A stretch of DNA of 64,000 nt from an uncultured Verrucomicrobiae bacterium (GTDB taxonomy: Bacteria; Verrucomicrobiota; Verrucomicrobiia; Chthoniobacterales; Chthoniobacteraceae). The translations under genes and the position numbers were made by a program. This document shows positions 9,140 to 23,289 of this stretch, in pieces. The DNA lies in the NCBI GenBank assembly GCA_963769025.1, contig CAVYKI010000003.1, forward strand, positions 96,001 to 160,000, written 5' to 3'. The notes beneath the pieces are model-generated. The model ran no database searches, was not told the origin of the DNA, and worked only from the letters and a program-made list of their open reading frames with translations. Each line of letters opens with the position of its first letter. Position 1 is the first letter of the stretch.

Positions 9140-12100
9140 ATGAGCAACAGCACCAAGCGTGTGTGCGTCGCCACAGCCGTGGCCGCACTTCAAATCCCCT
9201 ATTTCGCCGGCGCCGCATCGCCGTCGGACCTCGCGCAGCTCGACTTCTTCGAGAAGAAGATCCGCCCCGTTCTCGTCGAGAGTTGCTACGAGTGCCACAG
9301 CGCTGGTGCCAAAAAGCTGAAAGGTGGCCTGTACCTCGATACCGCGGAAGGCATGCTGCAGGGCGGCGACAGCGGCCCTGCGATCGTCCTCGGCAAGCCG
9401 GAGAAGAGCCTGCTGCTGCAGACCATGCGGCACGAGACCAAGGACGAAGACCTCTTCATGCCGCCGAAAAAGGACAAGCTCTCGGATGCCGTCCTCGCGG
9501 ACTTTGCGCAGTGGATCAAAATCGGCGCACCCGACCCGCGCACCGGCAAGTCCCTCGCAAAATCGGCCGCGTGGGATGCCGCGAAGGCGAAGGATCACTG
9601 GGCGTTCAAGAAAATCTCGAACCCGGCCGTCCCAACCCCCGCCGACCCGAAGAAGTTCGTCCAGAATCCCATCGACCGGTTCGTCCTCGCGACGCTGGCC
9701 GAGAAAAAGCTCCAGCCCTCCGCAGAAAGCCGACAAGCACACGCTCATCCGGCGCGTCACGTATGACCTCACCGGCCTCCCGCCGACGCCGCAGGAAGTG
9801 GATGCCTTCCTCGCCGACAATTCGCCGAATGCCTTCGAGAAAGTCGTCGATCGCCTGCTTGCCTCGCCCCGCTACGGCGAGCGCTGGGGCCGGCACTGGC
9901 TCGACATTGCACGTTACGCCGATACCAGCGGCGACCGCCAGGGCGGCAACCGGCGCCAGCCGCTCTACCCCAACGCTTGGACGTATCGCGACTACGTCAT
10001 CGACGCGTTCAACCGCGACCTGCCCTACGATCAGTTCGTCATCGAGCAAATCGCGGCCGACCGGCTCCCCGAGTCCAAGACCGAGAAGTCCAAGCTCGCA
10101 GCGCTCGGCTTCCTCACCGTCGGCAAGCGATTCATGGGCAATGAAAATGACGTGATCGATGACCGCATCGACGTCGTCACGAAAGGCATCATGGGCATCA
10201 CCGGCGCGTGCGCCCGCTGCCACGACCACAAATTCGATCCCATCCCGACGAAGGATTATTACTCGCTCTACGGCGTCTTCACAAGCAGCCAGGAAATCGC
10301 CGACGGCACGACCTTGAACGACCCGGAGAAAAATCCGCACTACAAGGATTTCCAGGCGGAAGTCGCCAAGGTGGAGAAGGAAGTGGATCAATACCGGATC
10401 ACCGAGGCCGCACGCCTCCTCTCCGGAATGCTCGAGAAATCCGGCGACTACATGCTCCTCGCGCATCAGTCGAAGACCACCAGCGACTCGAGGAAAAAGG
10501 GCGGGAACTTCCGCTTTGAAGCGAACAAACAGGGACTGAAGGCAGAACTCGCAGCCATCTGGCTGGACCGCCTGAAAGGCGTGGAATCGGGCAAAAAGAA
10601 CGATCCCGTCTTCGGCCCGTGGGCGAAATTCGCGGCGCTGCCCGCCGACAAGTTTGCCGAGAGCGCGCCGGCTCTCGCGCAGGAAATCGCAGCCTCGACG
10701 GAAGTGACCCCGGCCATCGCAAAGCCGTTCGCCACGAAGGTGCCCGCGTCGCTCAAGGACGTGGCTGCCATCTACACCGACGCATTCGCCACGTTGCACA
10801 AGCAGCTGAAGCTCGGCGAATTCGTCGGCTACAAGGGCGGCGGACGCACCCGCTTTGACATCTCGAAGACGCAGGTGACGCTCCCCGACACCGACATGGA
10901 CGCGCTGCGCAAGCATCTCTACGCGGACAACTCGCCGATACTCCCCGGCGAACAGGACATGGCCCGCGCCCTCGGCAACCAGTTCACGACCCAGCAGAAC
11001 GCCATCCGCAACAAAATCGTGGCGCTCGAACTCACCCACCCCGGCGCGCCAGTGAAGGCGATGTCCGTTATGGATCGCGCGACGCCCCGCGACGCCGCCG
11101 TGCTCGTGCGTGGAGAGCCCCAGAACCGGGGTCCCGTCGTGCCACGTCAGTTCCCGGCCATCCTCTCGGGCGAAAACCGCAAGCCCTTCACCGATGGCAG
11201 CGGCCGCCTCGAAATGGCCAAATTGATCGCGAGCCGCGAGAATCCCCTCACCGCCCGCGTCATTGTGAACCGCGTTTGGCAATGGCACTTCGGCCAGGCG
11301 ATCGTCCGCACCGTCAGCGACTTCGGCACGCGCTCCGAACCGCCCACCCATCCCGAGATGCTCGACTATCTCGCGACCTGGCTCATGGATAACGGCTGGT
11401 CGCTCAAGAAGCTCAACAAGTTCATCGTCATGTCCTCGACCTACCAGCAGGACAGCCGCGCAAATCCCGCCGGCATGAAGGCCGACCCGACCAACCAGTG
11501 GCTCTGGCGCTCAAACATCCAGCGCCTCGACTTCGAGGAAGTGCGCGACTCGCTCCTGACCTTCGGCGCGAAGCTCGACCTCACGATGGGTGGCCAGCCT
11601 TACTCGCTCACCGGGAACCTCGGCGGCGGCAGGGGCCGTTATGCCATGGACCTCGACAGCATGAAAGGCAGCGCAAACCGGCGCACCGTCTACGCGTTCA
11701 TCGACCGCGCGGCACTGCCGGAAATGTTCAACACGTTCGACTTTGCGAACCCCGACATGTCCACCGGCGAGCGCATCATGACCACCGTGCCGCAGCAGGC
11801 GCTCTTCATGATGAACAGCCCCTTCCTCGTCGAGCAGGTGAAGAACATCCTCGCCCGGCCCGAAATCGCCGCCGCGACGACCGACGCGGAAAAAGTGAGC
11901 CTCATCTTCCGCACCCTCTTCCAGCGCGCGCCGCGGCCGGAGGAACTCAGGCTCGCCGAGCAATACCTCACCGCCGAATCACCCGAACCGCAGACCTCCG
12001 AAACGTCCGGCGTCGCCATTGCCCCGCCGGTCGCTCCGAAGGACAAGTTCGTGAAGAAGCCGATCGGCACGCAGATGAAGCCGCTCAGCCAGTGGGAGCG

Positions 12101-12149
12101 CTACACGCAGGTCGTGTTGCTCACGAACGAACTGATCTTCGTGCGCTGA
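9140..12149 (+). CDS. PSD1 / planctomycete cytochrome c protein (PSCyt1-DUF1549-DUF1553), one frameshift near 9720
   Basis: [71 protein letters not shown]. Confidence 0.93.
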
Positions 12150-12212
12150 CCGAGGGCGCGGTGAAAAATCGCCGCTTCCGTCCGGACCGCGAACTTCGGA
12201 TAACCGCGCATC

Positions 12213-15006
12213 ATGCGCGTCTATCTCCCGTGGAGTTCTCATCTGCTGCCAGCCGTGGCTGCGCGGATGCTCGCCGACCACGCCGCGGAAGCACCTGATT
12301 CACATGACGCCGATCTCGGCGACTGGCTGATCGTCGTGCGTGGTGGTGCCGCCCGCCGGCGCCTGCTCGGCCTGCTCGCAACGGAGGCGCAACGTGCAAA
12401 ACGCGCGCTAATCCCCCCACGCATCACGACGCCAGCGGCGCTGCCCGAAGAACTCTTCGGACGCGCGGAAGGACAGGCAGGCACGCTCGCACAGCAGCTC
12501 GCGTGGGCAACCGCGCTGGAGCGGGTGCCTCAGGAATCACTCTCCCGCGTGTGGAGCACGCCGGAGGGCCCGGACAACGGAGCGGGCCGCCGGAATCTCG
12601 CGAACTTCATGGACCGCACGTGGCGGGACCTTAGCGTGTCCGGGACGGACTTCGCCGGCGCATTTCAAACGCTCGTGCGTCTCGTGCCCGATGTCGCCGA
12701 ACCCGAGGAGCCGCGCTGGCTCGCATTGCAACGCCTTCTCGACGACTACCGCGCCGTCCTCGGCGAGTGGGACCTCGTCGATCCTGCCGCATGGCGTGCC
12801 AGTCTGCTCGCATCGGGCCGGCCGCCGTCGGACCAGCGCGTCGCCATCGTCGGCGTGGTCGAACTCTCCCCGATCCTCGTCTCGCTGATCCGCCTGCTTC
12901 GCACCGAGCCGCGCATCTTCATCCACGCACCGGAATCGGAAGCCGAGGGCTTCGACGAATGGGGTCGGCTGAAACCCGCGTTCTGGTCGCGGCGCGGCTG
13001 CCGCTTTGAGGATGGCGAGATTCATGTCGTCCGCGGCGTCAAAGAGCAGGCCGCACGATGCGCTGAATTGATCCGCTCATGGAAGACCGCCGGTCTCGCG
13101 CCTTCAGCCATCACGATTGCAGTTCCCGAAAGTGCGGCCATGTCCGCGCTCCGGCATGGCATCGCCGATGCGGACATCCCCGTGCGCACCGCGGAAGGCA
13201 TGCCGATCTCGCGCACCTCCGTCCTCATGCTGCTCGCGCAGTTCGCGGACTTTCTGGATCGCGAAAATGACGCGCCTCCGTCCTACGAAAGCGTCGCCGC
13301 GCTCGCGCGTCATCCGGACCTCCGCTTCGCCCGCAGCTCCCTTGCAGAGGAACTCGACGGCTTTTTTGAAAATCATCTCCCTGCTAAAATCGATTCCGCG
13401 CTTTGCACCGCGAAGGAGTCGCAAGTCTCCGAGGCGCTGGATCGCCTCGAAGGGCTGGCCTTGGTCCGCAGCGATCGCTTTGCCGATGATGTCACTCAGC
13501 TCCTGCTCCGCGTTTACGGCGAACGCCAAATCACACCGCACTCCGACACCGACCGCGCGCTGATTCCCGCGTTGGAATCCGTGCGGGCGGCACTCGACGA
13601 ATTCGAGCGGCTTCCTCGCAACACTCTCGCACAATTCCCCGCGGCAGATCTCCTGCGCCTGCTTGTCAAAATCGCCGGCAACGGCGAAGTGCCGGAGCCC
13701 GAGCAGCCGGACGCCGTCGAACTCGCCGGCTGGCTCGAAGCCGCATCGGACGACGCGCCCGCGCTCATCGTCACTTCGGTTTTCGATGGGAGTCTCCCCG
13801 CAGGCGCGCCCACCGAGCCGCTGCTGCTCGATTCGCTGCGCGAAAACCTCGGGCTGCCTTGCCGTGCGAGCCGCTTCGCACGCGACCAATACACGCTGCA
13901 TAGCGTGTGGATGACCCGCCGCGAAAACGGCCGCTTCGCGCTCATCGCGCCGCGCCGCACCGCCGAAGGAACACCCGCCCGACCCAGCCGCCTGCTGCTC
14001 GGCGCCCACGAGGGCCGAGAGCTCGCCACACGCCTCCTCGCACTCCTCGCCGAGGCGCGCGGCACGCCACCGCCACTGCATGCCGTCGCCGGACTCCAGC
14101 CGCCGGAACCGGATCCCGAGGTGATGCGCGCGTTCCGCACATTTCGCGTCACTTCATTCCGCACGTATCTCGCGTCACCGCGGCTGTTCTACTTCCAGCA
14201 CGTCCTCGGACTGCAGGTGCAGGACGACTCTGCCGACGAACTCGACGGCGGCGCCTTCGGCTCCGCGATCCACTCGGTGCTCGAGTTTTTCGGCGAACGC
14301 CACATTGGCACCGCATCGAAAATCTCAGCCGCGGAAATCGAAGGCGAAACCACCGCCGCGCTGCATGACTTCATCCGTCGCCGCTACGGCCTCCATCCGC
14401 TGCCGCCCGTCACCGCGCAGATTCATTCCCTCGAGGAACGGCTCCGCATTTTCGCCGCAGAGCAGGCGCAGCTTTTCGCAGAGGGCTGGGAAATCGCCTA
14501 CGTCGAGAAAGGCGGCGCGGTCGCCGTGCCGTTCGCGGTGCCCGGAGGGCCGCCCGACGTTTCCCTGCGCGGCCGCATCGATCGCGTGGACCGGCACCGG
14601 GACGGGCGCCTCCGTGTGATCGACTACAAGACCTCCTCGAGCGTGAAGCAGCCGACCATTGCCCATTTTTCGCCACAGAAGGACGAATGGCGCGACCTCC
14701 AGCTCCCGCTCTACGTCAAGCTGCTGCCCGCCCTCGGACTGAAGGGAAACATTCCCGACCCCGGCGACGGCCTCGAACTCGTCTATTTCAATTTGCCGCC
14801 GAAGCGCGACGAGGCGCGCATCAGCGATCCATTCGATCCCTCGCTGATTCCCGGGCGCGTGGGAACGTGCCGCGCAAATCATCGCCGAAGTCTGCAGCGG
14901 CACCGGGTGCCGCGAAGTCGGCAGCGTTTCCAGCCATGAAGACCCGGTATTCCACGCGCTCTGCGGACTCAACGGCCTGCCGCTCGCAAACGGGGAGGAG
15001 GAATAG
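12213..15006 (+). CDS. AddB/RexB-like PD-(D/E)XK nuclease subunit (frameshift near the 3' end)
   Basis: Inactive helicase-like body, then GSAIHSVLE, LRGRIDRVD..VIDYKT, DLQLPLY; directly upstream of a UvrD-type gene. Confidence 0.85.
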
Positions 15007-15008
15007 CC

Positions 15009-18000
15009 ATGCCGCTCACCGTCATCCGCGCATCCGCCGGCTCGGGCAAAACTTTCCAGCTCGCGATGTCCTTCATCCGCATCCTGCTCGCAGCAGAAAT
15101 CGCCGGCCAGCCGCAGAATCCTTCCGCGATTCTCGCCACGACTTTCACGCGCGCCGCTGCGGGGGAAATCCTGGATCGCGTCCTGCGCCTCGTCGCCGAG
15201 GCGATGCTTTCAAAGGAGCGCCGCGATTTCCTCGCATCACAGCTCGGGCTTCCGCTTTCCGTCGCGCACTGCGGGCGCCTGCTCTCGGCACTCGCCGCGC
15301 ACGTGGACCGTCTCGCGATCTCCACGATGGATGCGTTCTTCGGGCAAATTTCGAAGGCATTTTCGAGCGACCTCGGCTTCGCGCCGGACTGGACGATGGC
15401 CGTGAACGAGGCCGAAGCCGACCTGCTCCGCCGCACACTCCACGCGCTGCTGAACGCAACGGACCACCGCAGCCTCGGTGCAGCGCTGTGGACTTTCCGC
15501 CGCGGTGTCATCAGCTCCATGCTCGATGCATTGCGCGAACTCGCGCCCGGATTTTCCTCCGCAAGGCAGGAGGAAAACGTGGCTGCAGAATTTGCGGAGC
15601 CCGAACTGCACCGATGGAACAGCGAGGAAGTCGCACCGTCCGCGCGTGCGCTCGCGGATCGTTCCGCATGGATCCCGCGCAACAAGAGCGACCGGAAGCC
15701 GTCGAAAAATTGGGAGACCGCGCTGGACAAAATCGCGGACGCCATACGCCCCGGCGCCGAAGCCGTCGCGCTCATCGGACAGACGCTCGCGCAGAAGATT
15801 CTCTTTGGCGGCGATTACTGCAAACATCCCATCCCGCCCGAACTGCGCGACGCGCTCCTCCCGCTCGCCGAGCGCTCCTCCTCGGCGATGCGCGCACGGC
15901 ACCACGCGCGCGAGGACGCGCTGCGATGGCTCGGCGCGCACTATTCGCGGCACCGACGTGCCGCAAATTATTCCGGCGGCGCCTACACCTTCAGCGACGT
16001 GGCAGCGATGGTCACCTCGGCGGCGCTCGATTGCAGCGATCTCTACTTCCGCCTCGGCACGCGCTATGAGCATGTGCTCTTCGATGAATTTCAGGACACC
16101 AGCCGGCTGCAGTTCCGGTTCTTCCAGCCCATCGTCGAGGAAGTCGGCTCGACGGGCGGCCAAGTGCTCATCGTCGGAGATGAGAAACAGGCGATCTACG
16201 GCTGGCGCGGCAGCGATCGCGCGCTCATGCACGCGCCACTTCGTGAACTCAGCGCACGCATCGGCGACGGCGGCGAGAAGACGCTCGATCAAAGTTTCCG
16301 CTCCAGCCCGGCCGTACTGAAGGCGGTGAACCGGACTTTCACGCGCCTTCTCACTCCCTGGCTCGGCGAGAATGAGAAGGACGGCGAGGTGCTCGAATCC
16401 GCCGGCCGCGAGTGGGCCGCCGCCTTTCCGGAGCACAGGCCGGCGAAGGTCGTGGAAAAACTGCAGGGCCGCGTGCGCGTTTTGAAGGTTCCGAACGAGC
16501 CAGACGGTGACACCGAATCACACAAGCAGGCGCTCGTCGCGAAGGCGCTGGAACTCGTCGGCGGACATCTCGCGGAAGATCCACAACGGAAGATTGCCGT
16601 GCTTCTCCGCAAGAACGCGCTCATGCCGCAACTCATCGCTTCACTCCGCAACGCCCATCCGGACGTGGACGTGAGCGGCGAAGGCGGCAATCCGCTCACC
16701 GATTCGCGCGCGGTGGAGGTCATCCTCGGCGTGCTCACATGGCTCGATCACCCGGGAAGTACGGCCGCGCATCACCTCGTGACCCGGAGCGTCCTGGCGC
16801 CTGTATTCGGCTTCCAAGGTTCAGCCGACTGCGCCGAGGAGGCGACCCTGGCCATCGAACTTCGCCGCCGGATCATGGAGCACGGCTACGCGACGGTGAT
16901 CCGGGAATGGATCCGGCATTCCGCATTTCCCGCAGCGTGCAGCGACCACGACCGCCAGCGCTGCGAGCAATTGCTGGAAGTCGCCCGCGAATTCGACGCG
17001 CAAGGGCCGGGACGGATCTCGGAATTCGTCGCGCATGTCCGCGCGCGACGCATCGAACGGCCCGGCGGCTCAGGCGTGCGCGTGATGACCATCCACGCAT
17101 CGAAGGGCCTGGAGTTTGAGGCCGTGATCCTCGTGGACATCGACGCGCGTCCGGGCGGGCATGGCACGCCCATGCTTCACGATCCCGACGGCACATTTCA
17201 CATCGTGCCCTCCAAGGACCAGGCGCCGCTCATGGGCCTCGAGGAGCTGGTGCAGCGGAACCTCCGCGAAGATTTCATGGAAGAGCTGAGCGTGCTCTAC
17301 GTGGCGATGACACGCGCGCGATCGTTCCTCGACATCGTGCTGCGGGCGGAGGCGAAAGTGCCGGTCGCCGCATTGCTCCGCGCGGCCTTGCTGCCTGTCG
17401 GCGAAGATGGGATCGCGGAGGAATTCGAGGGCGTCTCCTTCCGCGCCAGCCAGGAAGCGCGCGGGGAATCCAATGCCACACCCGGCGGCAACGACCCCGG
17501 CGTGGCGGCGGATGTGGCGGAGCAAAGCGCCCCACTCGCCTCGGCGTTCGGACGCACGGTGCAGATCACGCCCTCCGGTGCGAACGAACGCAGGCACGGT
17601 GAACATCGCGCGCATCCTCTCGACGGCAAACCGCGCAGCGATGCTCCGTGGCGAACTGATCCACGAATGGCTGCGGCAGATCGCGTGGATGGACGACGGA
17701 GCTGCCGGATGCCGAGACATGGATCGCATCCGCTTCGGAAACCGCAAGCGACGTGGATCGCCGTGACATTGCGAAGTGGGCTCGAGGCCTCATCAAGGAA
17801 GCACAGACCGCCGGCACGCGATCTGCACCGGACCTTTACAAGGCCCTCCGCTTCCCCGGGCGAGACCGTCGAGCTTTGGCGGGAGCGCCGTTTCGCGGTC
17901 ATCCGCGAGAACGGCGGGCGCAACGAGGTGATCAGCGGTTCATTCGACCGCGTCGTGCTCTGGCGCGACACGAAGGGCCGCGCCGTCCGCGCGGAGATTA

Positions 18001-18183
18001 CGGATTTCAAGACCGACCGTTTCGATTCCGCAAAGGAACGCGCCCAAGTCGAAGCCCGCTATGCGCCGCAGCTCGAAGCCTACCGCAAGGCCCTCTGCCT
18101 GCTCTGTCCGCGGACTCGATGCCAGCGCGGTTGCAATCTCACTCGTTTTCGTGAGAATCGGCGACGAAGGACACCCTGCGTGA
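15009..18183 (+). CDS. AddA/RecB-like UvrD helicase-nuclease (frameshifted in the 3' third)
   Basis: ASAGSGKT, TFTRAAAGE, FDEFQDTS, VGDEKQAIYGWRG, MTIHASKGLEF, LYVAMTRAR, GSFDRVV..ITDFKTD..QLEAY. Confidence 0.9.
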
Positions 18184-18242
18184 TTCCTCTCCAACAAAAT
18201 CACCTCGCCGGAAAATGAAGTCAGCTCCCAACCACTCGATCC

Positions 18243-19061
18243 ATGGGTCTTAAGACAAAACTGAGAAAGCTCCTCCGCCGCCGGCAAACCCTCGATCAGG
18301 TCGCCACGCGCGTTGAAGACATGGAGGTCCAGATGCGGCAGTGGATGTCGCTCGCCGAGCTCGAAGTATAAGTTCAGCCTCCCGCCGATTCCCCCGAAGC
18401 CGCTGCAGATCCGGGTGGCCGGGGCGTACTACGCGGCCTTCTTCGATCATGGAAAGGGCATGTTCCACGAGCTCCAGACGATCCTGAAAGGTCACCAGCT
18501 CGATTTCTTTGCGTTCAACGACATCCTCGACTTCGGCTGCGGCTGCGGCCGGTTCATGATCCCGATGAGCTGCATGATGGATCCGAAGAAGCTCAGCGGC
18601 ACCGACATCGACCCCGAGGCGATCGCGTGGATCAACGCCAACTATTCCTGCTTCAAGGACGTCGGCGTGAACGGCCACGAGCCGCCGACCAAATACGCAG
18701 CCGGCACGTTCGATTTCATCTTCAGCGTCAGCATTTTCACGCATCTGCCCGAGGCCATGCAGGACGCATGGCTGAAGGAACTGTCGCGCATCATGAAGCC
18801 GGGTGGCCACGGAATCTTCACCACGCACGGCGAACATACTTTCAGTCTCCTCAAGGAGGACGACCGCACGAAGGTGCGCGACGCGGGCTTTCATTACGGC
18901 GACTTCGGCGCGACCGAGGGGCTGCCGGATTTTTACCAGACGAGCTTCCAGACGACGGATTACGTCCGCCGGGAATGGGCGAAGCACTTCGATGTCCTCG
19001 CGATCTGCGAAAAGGGCATCGGCTCGAATCAGGACGCCGTGCTCGTCCGGAAGCGGCTCAG

Positions 19062-19065
<4 letters not shown>
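18243..19065 (+). CDS. Class I SAM-dependent methyltransferase (frameshift near 18365)
   Basis: ILDFGCGCGR, GTDIDPEAIAW, FDFIFSVSIFTHL, WLKELSRIMKPGG. Confidence 0.88.
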
Positions 19066-20515
<1,450 letters not shown>

Positions 20516-20519
20516 GGCG

Positions 20520-23207
20520 TCAGTCGACGTAGAGGAACTGGTTCGAGGTGAGCAGCGCCTGGCAGAAGGTCGCGAGCGCCTGCATCGGCGGCTCGGCGGG
20601 CGGCGCTTCCTTGCCCTTCGCGGGCGGCGGCAGCTTCAGCGGGTTCGCCTGGAAAAGCGCGGTCTGCTTTGCGAGGAACGCGACGGCGTTCTTCACGTCC
20701 GCCTCGGTCGGCGCGCGGCCGAACGCGAGCAGCCACGCGCGCTTCACCTGCGCCTGCACGTCGCTGCCGGCCTCGCTGCACGACGCGCTCGGCGAAATAC
20801 TTCGACTGCGCGAGCGTGAACTCGCCGTTCATCATCGCGAGCGATTGCGGCGCGACGGTCGAGGCGTTGCGCAGTTCGCAGTTCGGCTCCATCCGCGGCA
20901 GGTCGAACGTCTCGAGCATGCCGAGCGGCTTCGCTGCGGCGCATCTGGACGTAGACGCTGCGGCGGAATTCCTCGCCGTTGAGCGGCACAAACTTTCCCG
21001 AGGGCCGGCCCGCGGTGTCGTTGGTGTCCACGCCGACGACGATCTGCCCGTCCTCGTCGCTCATGACCGGCACCGGCGCGCCGAACATCTTCGGGTTCAG
21101 CTTGCCGCTCACGGCGAGCATCGCGTCGCGGATCGTCTCGGCCTCGAGGCGGCGCGACGTTCATGCGGCCGAGCAGCCGGTTGTCGGGGTCGATGCGATC
21201 CTTTTCCGGCGTCGCGCACCGACGACTGCCGGTACGCGGTCGGAGGTGAGGATGAGCCGGTGCAGCTTCTTCAGGCTCCAGCCCTGCGCGACGAATTCGC
21301 TCGCGAGCCAGTCGAGCAGTTCGGGATGCGTCGGCCGTTCGCCGAGGTGCCCGAAGTCGCCGAGCGATGCCGACGATGCCGCGGCCGAAATGATGATGCC
21401 AGACGCGGTTGACGAGCACGCGCGCGGTGAGCGGGTGCTTGCCGTCGGTGAGGCTCTGCGCGAACGCGAGCCGGCGGCCGCTGGTCGGCGAGCGCCGGCG
21501 GATTTTTCCGGGATCGCGCTCGGGTGGAAGGACGCGAGCACGGTGAGCTCGCCGGGCTGCACCTTGTCGCTCCGGCTGCATCGGGTCGCCGCGCTGGAAG
21601 AGGAACGTGGCCGGCAGCGCTTCGCGCCGGCGACCTCGGTCAGCACCGGGATGAATTCCTCGACCGGCTTGCGCTTGCGGATCTCCGCGGCCTGCTCGGT
21701 GAACTTCTTCAGCTCCGCCTCGTGCTTCGTGCCTGTAGGTGCGGTCGTAGAGGTACAGCGAGCCGCCGCTGAGCTGGTTGATCGTCGGGTGCTCCTTCAG
21801 CAGCTTGAGCTGCTCGGGCGTGCGCTTTTTCACCTCGGTGCGATAGGCGGCGCGCAGCGGCTCGCGCACTTCCTCGGGCTTTTTCGTCCAGCTCCCACGT
21901 CGAGCACTTTCTCGATGAACTCGTCCTCCTTCACCTTGCGCTGCGTCGTCGATCGACCTTCGCCTCCTTCTCGACTTCCGCGGCCTTCGCGCGCTCCGCG
22001 TCGGTCATCAGCGAAACGAGCCGCGCCGGCGGGCGCGCGCCAGCTTCTCGGGTCGAACGCCGGCTCGAAGATCGCGCGCAGCCGGTAGTAGTCCGTCTGC
22101 GGGATCGGGATCGTAGCCGGTGGTCGTGGCACTGCGCGCAGCCGACCGTCATGCCGAGCAGCGACGACGAGACGACCTTGATCGTCTCGGCCACGACCGC
22201 GTTGCGCGCGGTCTTCTGTTCGCGCGGCCGGTGCGCCCGCGGTGCCGTCGGGCACCATGCGGAGGAAGCCGGTGGCGGTGAGCTTGTCGACGTGCGTCGG
22301 GCGCGAGGTTCTTGTAGCGGCGGCGTGCACCATCTCGTCGCCGGCGAGTTGCTCGCGGATGAATTGGTCGAACGGCTTGTCCGCGTTGAACGAGCGGATG
22401 ACGTAGTCGCGATACTTGGAAGGCCCACGGGCGCACCGGGTCGGCGTCGGTGTAGCCGTCGGAGTCGGCGTAGCCCGCGACGTCGAGCCAGTGCCGGCCC
22501 CAGCGTTCGCCGTAGTGCGGCGAGGCGAGCAGCGCGGTCGACCAGGCGCTCGTAGGCGTCGGGCGCGTCGTCGGCGAGGAAAAGCGGTCGACCTCCTCCG
22601 GCGTCGGCGGCAGGCCGGTGAGGTCGAGCGTCACGCGGCGGAGCAGCGTCGCCTTGTCCGCCTCGGGGTTGAAGCGAGCCCCTGCCGCTTCGAGCTTCGC
22701 GAGGAGAAACGCATCGATCGGCGTTCGCACGAGTGCGGCGTCTTTCGACCTTCGGCGGATCGTCCGGCGCTTGATCGGCTGGAAGGCCCAGAACTCGCGC
22801 TCTTCCTCGGTGATCCAAATACTTCGGCACCTCCTCGGGTTCGGCGCGCGCCGTCTTCGCGCCCTGCGCGATCCATTGTCTCGAGCACCGCGATCTCTTC
22901 CGGCGGCAGCGGCTTGCCCTTCTCCGGCATCTCACCTTCGCGCACGAGCTGGACCATCTCGCTCTCGTCCGGCTTGCCCGGCACCGAGCACGGGATCGCC
23001 GCCCTCCGTCGTGCCGACCATGAACCGCCGCAGCCGCAGATCCACGCCGCCTTTCAGCTTCTCGCCCTCGCCGTGGCACTGGAAGCAGTGCTTCTTGAGG
23101 ATCGGCCGCACGTCGCGCTCGAACGTCAGGTCCGCCGCCGCGTGCGTCGTTGCCGACGCGGCGGTGAAACAGGCGAGAAATGCGAGGCGGCGAACCGGAT
23201 GAGTCAT
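20520..23207 (-). CDS. PSD1 / planctomycete cytochrome c protein (many frameshifts)
   Basis: [85 protein letters not shown]. Confidence 0.9.
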
Positions 23208-23289
23208 GTGGACGGGGATGGAAAACGCAGTGTTGTTGCTAAGTGATTCCATCCACGGCCCGCGCCTTAATTAGAGCGCGTCTTGGTTC

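Noticed and set aside
12213..18183. Novel anti-phage helicase-nuclease system
   Set aside because: Order, size and motifs match housekeeping AddAB recombination enzymes; there is no defence-island context.
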